63,213 bases of DNA from Candidatus Bathyarchaeia archaeon (GTDB lineage: Archaea > Thermoproteota > Bathyarchaeia > Bathyarchaeales > Bathycorpusculaceae). Location of the stretch: positions 70,252 through 133,464 of the forward strand of contig JBBFKZ010000004.1 of assembly GCA_037481775.1 (NCBI GenBank). Reading direction: 5' to 3'. The notes below the pieces were generated by a model. That model made no database searches, had not been told where the DNA came from, and worked only from the letters and a program-made list of their open reading frames with translations. Shown here piece after piece: positions 56,809 through 63,213 of this stretch (the stretch's first letter is position 1; the number at the start of each line of letters is the position of its first letter). Both the position numbers and the translations under genes were made by a program.

Positions 56809-57684
56809 ATGATTCACAAAAGGTTGACTTCGATGAAAAAGATAAGGGGCTTTGTGCGGCTGATGCGTCCCATCAACTGTGCGATGATGGGCTTTGCAGT
56901 TTTTGTAGGAGCAGTTTTAGCTAAACCGCAATTCTCTGATTTTAGCTGGTTCGGCGTTCTTTACGGCTTTTTAACTGGTTTCACGTTAACAGCCGCGTCA
57001 ATGGCGCTCAATGACTATTATGATAGATCAATTGACGCAATAAACGAGCCTTCGCGCCCCATTCCAAGCGGCTTGGTGAGCCCACGTTTGGCTTTAGCGT
57101 TTGTTCTCATCATCTCAACGGTAGGCTTTGTTTTCGCTTACCTTACAAGCTTTTTGTGTTTGGTGGTTGCAGTAATCGCATGGACGATTATGGCGACTTA
57201 CGTTACAGTTGGAAAGCGCAGTGGTCTACCAGGTAATTTCCTTGTCAGCACATGTGTGGCTATTCCCTTCATCTACGGCAGCATAATCAGCCTTAGCTAC
57301 GTTCCGCTGAATGTTCTGCTTTTTACTCTGATGGCTTTCTTTTCTAACACGGGTAGGGAGATAACCAAGGGCATTGTTGATATTAAAGGCGACAGCGCTG
57401 AAGGCGTTGAGACGCTGGCGGTGCGTTATGGAGAAAGAGCCGCGGCGATTGCTGCTGCCATGTTTTATCTACTGGCTGTTTCATTGACCCCGCTTCCTTG
57501 GCTTTTAGGCATAGTTTCTTTCTGGTTTATCCCATTTGTTTTAGCAACTGACGCCGGATTTGCACTTTCCTCCGTACTTCTTCTCAGGGATTATTCTCGT
57601 GAAAACGCACGTCGAATAAAGAAGCAAGTTCTTCTGTGGTTTGCCATTGGCTTTTTGGCGTTTATTTTCGGCGCTTTCAGGTGA
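56809..57684 (+). CDS. Digeranylgeranylglyceryl phosphate synthase (UbiA family)
   Basis: NDYYDRSIDAINEPSRPIPSG, REITKGIVDIKGD. Confidence 0.9.
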   Translation: MIHKRLTSMKKIRGFVRLMRPINCAMMGFAVFVGAVLAKPQFSDFSWFGVLYGFLTGFTLTAASMALNDYYDRSIDAINEPSRPIPSGLVSPRLALAFVLIISTVGFVFAYLTSFLCLVVAVIAWTIMATYVTVGKRSGLPGNFLVSTCVAIPFIYGSIISLSYVPLNVLLFTLMAFFSNTGREITKGIVDIKGDSAEGVETLAVRYGERAAAIAAAMFYLLAVSLTPLPWLLGIVSFWFIPFVLATDAGFALSSVLLLRDYSRENARRIKKQVLLWFAIGFLAFIFGAFR

Positions 57685-57688
57685 GCAC

Positions 57689-58414
57689 ATGCTTAACAGC
57701 GAAGTCGTAACCAATTTGGTGTTGCTGATTTTGTGCTACGGATACATTTTGCTTGTAATCCTAATTTCAGGAAAAATAGCGGTCATAGCCCGTATTTCCC
57801 GTAAATCAGCTAGGAAGTTCCTGCATGTGATGATTGGAAATTTGCCTTTCATAATTCCGTTCTTTTCATACAATTCTTTTCCGCTTAACTTTCCATTTCT
57901 TGTCGCCGCTCCATTTATACTTGTAACATTTCTTGCCACACCTTACTCGCCCTCTAAACGATTTTACGAAAAAATGAAAGGTTTGTCGGGCATAACTGAG
58001 GAAGGACACCAATTAGGCCTCGTTTTCTACGCGGTGTCTTATACGCTTTTAGCGTTGTTCTTTTCCGCTAAACCGTATGTTATCGCAGCAGGCGTTTTGC
58101 CGATGGCTTATGGTGATGCTTCCGCCGCGTTGGTGGGAGAAAAATATGGAAAGAGATGCTTCCGCGTTTTCGCCCAGAAAAGCCTTGAAGGCTCCGCCGC
58201 CATGTTCCTCGCAAGCTACACAAGCTTAGCTGCCAGCTTGCTATTTTTCTCCATGCTGTATTCGCTTCCGATTGTGGATGTGCTGTTGACCGCGTTAGGC
58301 GTAGCCATAGTCGCTGCTTTAGCGGAAAGCCTTTCACCCTTAGGATTTGATAACCTGACTGTTCCCCTTCTAGGCGCTTTAACATTCCTGATTCTAAGCG
58401 GCGGGGGCGTTTAG
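57689..58414 (+). CDS. CTP-dependent polyprenol/diacylglycerol kinase (SEC59/VTE5-like)
   Basis: RKFLH, YGDASAALVG, KSLEGS, DNLTVP. Confidence 0.9.
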   Translation: MLNSEVVTNLVLLILCYGYILLVILISGKIAVIARISRKSARKFLHVMIGNLPFIIPFFSYNSFPLNFPFLVAAPFILVTFLATPYSPSKRFYEKMKGLSGITEEGHQLGLVFYAVSYTLLALFFSAKPYVIAAGVLPMAYGDASAALVGEKYGKRCFRVFAQKSLEGSAAMFLASYTSLAASLLFFSMLYSLPIVDVLLTALGVAIVAALAESLSPLGFDNLTVPLLGALTFLILSGGGV

Positions 58415-58418
58415 CATA

Positions 58419-58997
58419 ATGCTTATAGTCATCGACGGTTTAGACGCATCTGGAAAAAGCACGCAGGCACTTAGGCTTACCAAGTTTCTCACCGCTAGAG
58501 GGAAGACCGTTTGTCTTCGTTTTCACCCCTCAACCGATAATTTTTTTGGCACAAAAGCAAAGCAGTTTCTTTATGCAAAGGGAAAGAGTGCGCATTTCGC
58601 TTCAGCACTTTTTTACATGATAGACGTAATCCGCTCAATTCTCATCTACACATGGCAAAAGTACGACCACGTAATTTTTGTACGCTACTTGATGGGCACA
58701 GCCTATCTGCCGCCGCCGTTGCATAGAATCGCCTACCACTTTTTCACTCTTATTGTGCCGACATCTAGCGCCATGTTCTTTCTTGATATCACGCCGCATG
58801 AAGCTTATAGGCGAATATGCCGAGCACGCAAAAACCAAGAAATGTTTGAGAACCTAAGCGAACTTGGAAAAGTAAGAGAGAAAGCCCTTGCCTTAGCGCT
58901 GATAGGCAAATGGACAATCATCGATGCGGGTAAGCCGAAAGAAGAAGTTGAGATGGAAATCAGAACACTACTTGGTGCATTCACGCCTCTTACATAG
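58419..58997 (+). CDS. tmk: Thymidylate kinase-like P-loop kinase
   Basis: IDGLDASGKSTQ; the DRY motif reads VRY. Confidence 0.75.
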   Translation: MLIVIDGLDASGKSTQALRLTKFLTARGKTVCLRFHPSTDNFFGTKAKQFLYAKGKSAHFASALFYMIDVIRSILIYTWQKYDHVIFVRYLMGTAYLPPPLHRIAYHFFTLIVPTSSAMFFLDITPHEAYRRICRARKNQEMFENLSELGKVREKALALALIGKWTIIDAGKPKEEVEMEIRTLLGAFTPLT

Positions 58998-59221
58998 TAA
59001 CACATGAACAGCAGGCTACACCAATTGCCACGCCTCAAGCGCTTCTTTGCGTGCCGAGTCCGCAGATATCTGTTTATTCAAAGAGGCTTAAATCCAATAA
59101 TCTACAATTTTACAGTTTAGTTTACATGTGCCTAGCAATTCCACATATATATCCCCATGTTTTTCACATATTAACAATACATAAGTATGGTTAAAATAAC
59201 ATCTCAAACGAGGATGCTACA

Positions 59222-59884
59222 ATGTCTGAAAGGTTTGCTAAAAAATGGGAAAGCAAACGAGATGAAACCTCATTCGTTGACACTATACGCACCACATTTG
59301 CTCCGCCACAAGCGCTGAAACCACGCCTAGACTACGCCGTCAAACGCTTAGAGCTGCAAATTCAAAGGCTGGATCAAGCTTCAGAAAGGTTCAGCCAAAA
59401 AGACAAAGCATTATTCACGAAGATAGTTAATGCTTATGAGCAACACGATACGGCACACGCCAACATCTACGCTAACGAACTAGCTGAAGTTCGCAAAATG
59501 GAGCGCTTAATAATGAATGCACGACTTGCCCTTGACCAAGTATTACTGAGAATGCGGACAATCACAGAATTCGGAGACATGGTAGCTACGCTAGGCCCCT
59601 GCATAAGCGTACTGCGCTCAGTCAACGTGGGCTTGTGCGGTGTGCTACCCGAGGCAGAAAACGAGCTAGGGGACATAAGCAACATGCTGAGCGGTTTAAT
59701 GTTTGATTGCGGCGCAAGCTCAGGCTTATCTTTAAACTTCAACAGCGTAAACGAAGACGCAGCGAAAATACTTTCGGAAGCAGCGGCCGTCGCAGAGCAG
59801 AGAGTCAATTCGAAGCTACCTGATTTGCCGCCTGGTCTTTCAGCGAACTTGCTGAAGGATAAATTACCCACAGAAAACACATAG
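59222..59884 (+). CDS. ESCRT-III/Snf7 family CdvB paralog
   Basis: ANIYANELAEVRK, LALDQVLLRMRT, EDAAKILSEAA, C-terminal MIM2-like KLPDLPP. Confidence 0.9.
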   Translation: MSERFAKKWESKRDETSFVDTIRTTFAPPQALKPRLDYAVKRLELQIQRLDQASERFSQKDKALFTKIVNAYEQHDTAHANIYANELAEVRKMERLIMNARLALDQVLLRMRTITEFGDMVATLGPCISVLRSVNVGLCGVLPEAENELGDISNMLSGLMFDCGASSGLSLNFNSVNEDAAKILSEAAAVAEQRVNSKLPDLPPGLSANLLKDKLPTENT

Positions 59885-60005
59885 CTACTATTAGCTTTCT
59901 AATACCCACCATCCTTTTTCATATAGTTTAATGCGTTACTATTCTTGCCGTACACGGTGATGTTTTTATTCGATAAGTAGCTATTAGGAGCACGGGATTT
60001 CAGTA

Positions 60006-61106
60006 ATGTATGAAGTTATTGCAGAATCATTGCTCGGCTTCTTTTGGGGCATAATGTACGGCGCTGTCGCATTTTTCATAGTACTGTTGCTATCCGCCGT
60101 TTACAGATATTTCACAAATGAGCGACTATCCTCTTTTATCGCTATACTTTTCGGATTAGGCTTTCTGGGGTTTACCGGTGGATTACTTGCAATCCTAGAG
60201 CAACCTACCTTTGGAGGAGCTCTCAAAATCATTGTAGTAAGCATTTTCATCGTTTGGGGCGTTAACATAGGCGACAAGATAGCTGAGAAAATACCTAAAA
60301 AAGGCGTATCAATCCTCGGAATAGGCAGCGCAAAATCCTCGTATATTACAGTTAAGCTACCGCATGCACGATTAATCTACGATATTGCCGCTAAGCCAAA
60401 AGTTCCTGAGTCGTTAAAAGAGGAACTCTCCGAAAGAGAATTCACCTTTTCCGCGGATTTGCCAATGGATGAAATTGCTAACAGAGTAAAAAGGCGCTTA
60501 ATCACCGACTGGGGCGTAGGAGACGTAGAAATCGAGTTGGATCAAAGCGGTAAAGTTATTCACATAGCTATAGCCGCTAAAGAGAAAGGGCTAAGTGTCT
60601 CCATACCAGAAGGAAATGTGGCCATACCGATAAAGTATAACATTGCGCCGGCGCAGTTGGCCGCAGGAGATATTATAAAAATTTTCCTTGACAACGGAGA
60701 AGTTATCGAGAAGATTGAAGTGAAAGGCATAAACGAAGACGAAAAGATAATCACCATAGTCGCTGATGTGGGTCTACTTGAAAGAATCCATGGTGCTAAA
60801 GCAGAGCTAGTCGTTGCTTTGCCAGCGGCCATCCAGAAACAGCCCGGCATTAGCGTAGAGCAGAAGTCAGGTGCCATCGAGGAATTTGAAATTCAAAAAA
60901 TCGTTAACTCGCTGAAAAAAGTCGGCGTGGCTGATGAGGTTATAGAAAAGATTGTTAAGCAGGTCCAAGCTAAACTTAGCAAGATGGCTCCGCCGATCTC
61001 CACGAGGCTTATCAAGGCTGTGATTATAGAAGAGTTAGAGAAAGAAAATCCTGAAGCGGCAAAAAAGTTGAAAAACCGGAAATTCTGGGAACTGAAAACG
61101 TTCTGA
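60006..61106 (+). CDS. Membrane protein with C-terminal ATP-cone
   Basis: 3 N-terminal TM; RRLITDWGVGDVEIEL core; C-terminal VEQKSGAIEEFEIQKIVNSL..ISTRLIK. Confidence 0.7.
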   Translation: MYEVIAESLLGFFWGIMYGAVAFFIVLLLSAVYRYFTNERLSSFIAILFGLGFLGFTGGLLAILEQPTFGGALKIIVVSIFIVWGVNIGDKIAEKIPKKGVSILGIGSAKSSYITVKLPHARLIYDIAAKPKVPESLKEELSEREFTFSADLPMDEIANRVKRRLITDWGVGDVEIELDQSGKVIHIAIAAKEKGLSVSIPEGNVAIPIKYNIAPAQLAAGDIIKIFLDNGEVIEKIEVKGINEDEKIITIVADVGLLERIHGAKAELVVALPAAIQKQPGISVEQKSGAIEEFEIQKIVNSLKKVGVADEVIEKIVKQVQAKLSKMAPPISTRLIKAVIIEELEKENPEAAKKLKNRKFWELKTF

Positions 61107-61163
61107 GCTGGGCTGTTCCAATAATTGGTCTTATAAACTATTGGCTATCAGTAATATTACAGG

Positions 61164-61625
61164 GTGTCTCAACAATTGAGCGCGGATGACGAAACAAAAC
61201 TTGAATACGCCCTTCGCGGCAAGGCTTGGAAGGTATACTGGTATCTGCTTAAAAACGGCAACCCCGTGAGCGCACGGGAAGTGCAGCGCGCCCTGCGGTT
61301 TAGCAGTCCAAGCGTGGCAAATCATCATCTAGAGCAACTACGCGAGCTAGGCTTAGTTGAAAAGCAGGACATCGGCGGGCACTACGTGCTTGTTAACCAA
61401 GTAAAAATCGGTGTGTTACAGCATTATGTGAAGCTTGGCAAGCTGCTCTTCCCCAGATATTTCTTCTACGCGCTTTTCTCAACAGTTTTCTATGCAGCTT
61501 ACTTGCTGTTTCTGATGCAGGACTGGCTTATGCGTGAGAACCTATTCATCACCATATTCGGCGCAGTTGTCTGCGCAATCTTCTGGTATGAAGCATATCG
61601 AGTATGGACTATGCGTCCGTTCTAA
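61164..61625 (+). CDS. Membrane-anchored wHTH transcriptional regulator
   Basis: SAREVQRALRFSSPSVANHHLEQL plus two C-terminal TM helices. Confidence 0.85.
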   Translation: MSQQLSADDETKLEYALRGKAWKVYWYLLKNGNPVSAREVQRALRFSSPSVANHHLEQLRELGLVEKQDIGGHYVLVNQVKIGVLQHYVKLGKLLFPRYFFYALFSTVFYAAYLLFLMQDWLMRENLFITIFGAVVCAIFWYEAYRVWTMRPF

Positions 61626-61701
61626 TTTTTAGAACAGCTTGTTCTACAGCTTAGGATAATATCAAAGAGTTGTGCTACATTTAGAGCAGGTGAAAAAAGG
61701 T

Positions 61702-63213
61702 ATGGTTCAGCAAGAAGTCAAGAAAAAAACGTCAATGTACGGATTAGCTGCAGTGCTCTCTGCCATAGTGCTCGTCGCCTTAATTTACACTTACGGCACG
61801 ACGCCGACAGTATTTCCGCCAACCGAGACGCCCTATGTTACGAACATGAAAACTTTCTCTTCCTACGAGGAACTCAGAGACTTCCTGGTTGCAAATTCCT
61901 CTGGCATCTCAGTTTATCCTTTCTGGACAAGAAGCGCTGATTTATACTTAGCACCTGTACCTCTTCTTCAAATGGGCAGTGAGGCAGCGACGAATGATTA
62001 TTCCACTACAAATATTCAAGTTGCAGGAGTAGATGAAGCAGACATTGTGAAGAACGATGGCAGGTACGTTTACGTCGCAGCCACTACTTATGATAGCATT
62101 TCGGGGGCGCAAAGTGCTGTTTACATAGTTAAGGCGGATCCACAAGACCCGAAGGTCATCGCGAAAATAACACTTGAAAATTACACTTACCCAGAAGGAA
62201 TATACCTAAGCGAAGACAGCAACAGGCTAGTAGTCATCGCCAACAGATATCAGCCAGCCATCCTCCGTGCGGAGGGTCCAGAAACCTTGATTTACCCAGG
62301 CCCAATAGGCTCTAGTACCTTATTGTACGTTTATGACATCTTTGAGAAGGCTTATCCTCGTCTTGCTCGAAACTTGACCATAAGCGGCGGCTACTTTAGC
62401 TCTAGGATGATAGGCAACTACGTGTATGCGGTTATTAATCAACCTGCTTATGTTGTGAATGATACGGTGACTCTTCCAGTGCTTTATCAGGAAAAGAAAG
62501 TAGCGCCTATTGCACCTTCAAGCGTATACTACTCTGACACAGTAGACAGGTACTTCACGTTTACCATGTTCCTTGCCGTGAACATCTTGGACGATGCGCA
62601 GCAGCCTACTAACATGACTGTGCTGATGGGCGGCAGTAGCGCCATGTACGTTTCCACAAGCAACATCTACGTTACATACTCAACATGGAATGAAGGGCAG
62701 TATACAACCATCTACCGTGTGCGCATAAACGGAGCTACTTTAGCATTTGAAGCAAAAGGCAGCGTTCCAGGCTACGTGCTTAACCAGTATTCAATGGACG
62801 AGTACAACGGCTACTTCAGGGTAGCTACAACTTGGCAGAACGAGAAGACGCAGATGAACAATGTTTACGTGCTAGATAAAAGCATGTCAATTGTAGGTAA
62901 ACTAGAGAACCTGGCTGAAGGCGAGCGCATATATGCTGTGCGGTTCATGGGTGACAAGGGCTACGTTGTCACGTTCAGGCAGATAGATCCCTTCTTCGTG
63001 ATTGACTTGCGCGATCCAGCTGACCCGAAAGTGGCTGGCGAACTCAAGATTCCAGGCTACTCGAGTTATCTGCATCTTTTCGACGAGAACCATGTAATCG
63101 GCTTAGGTAAAGAGAACACCACGGTTAAGCTTTCGCTGTTCGATGTCACAAACGTTAACGAGCCAAAGGAAATAGCGAAGTACATTGTTGAAGGCGACTG
63201 GACAGACTCAGAA
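61702..63213 (+). CDS. Secreted beta-propeller domain protein, truncated at window end
   Basis: Manual translation: N-terminal TM, YSTTNIQVAGVDEADIVKNDG, LNQYSMDEYNGYFRVATT, IYAVRFMG..TFRQIDP. Confidence 0.9.
   Translation, partial: MVQQEVKKKTSMYGLAAVLSAIVLVALIYTYGTTPTVFPPTETPYVTNMKTFSSYEELRDFLVANSSGISVYPFWTRSADLYLAPVPLLQMGSEAATNDYSTTNIQVAGVDEADIVKNDGRYVYVAATTYDSISGAQSAVYIVKADPQDPKVIAKITLENYTYPEGIYLSEDSNRLVVIANRYQPAILRAEGPETLIYPGPIGSSTLLYVYDIFEKAYPRLARNLTISGGYFSSRMIGNYVYAVINQPAYVVNDTVTLPVLYQEKKVAPIAPSSVYYSDTVDRYFTFTMFLAVNILDDAQQPTNMTVLMGGSSAMYVSTSNIYVTYSTWNEGQYTTIYRVRINGATLAFEAKGSVPGYVLNQYSMDEYNGYFRVATTWQNEKTQMNNVYVLDKSMSIVGKLENLAEGERIYAVRFMGDKGYVVTFRQIDPFFVIDLRDPADPKVAGELKIPGYSSYLHLFDENHVIGLGKENTTVKLSLFDVTNVNEPKEIAKYIVEGDWTDSE

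Noticed and set aside
1-63213. CRISPR arrays, rRNA, transposases, integrases, defence systems
   Set aside because: No regularly spaced repeats or matching protein motifs seen by eye.

Overview
Archaeal chromosomal segment, most consistent with Bathyarchaeia/TACK (nop5-fibrillarin, CdvB/ESCRT-III, EndA, DGGGP synthase, GGTGA/GGAGG ribosome-binding sites; lineage is an inference). Housekeeping genes (glmM/glmU, ileS, glyS, rnhB, purF-like, glpX, tRNA-Ala(CGC)) are interleaved with accessory modules: (1) a fluoride-response locus with two fluoride-riboswitch-like RNAs, one heading an unexpected prenyltransferase-repeat/DUF6062-like/Nudix operon and a variant one heading crcB-DUF190; (2) a complete type IV pilus locus with several apparently leaderless pilins and a giant adhesin-like pilin; (3) a ~10 kb arsenic/redox island (two ArsR, Acr3, ArsP, ferredoxins, thioredoxin, AhpD-like, two paralogous unknown membrane proteins, microproteins, a repeated palindromic operator); (4) a separate arsM preceded by a Cys-rich AbrB-fold regulator and an operator array. 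Also present: a wHTH-ATP-cone-degenerate NrdD fusion (truncated at the left edge), a candidate CU-loop sRNA, and a decayed VapC fragment beside the tRNA. All family assignments come from motif recognition by eye; no database searches were run.
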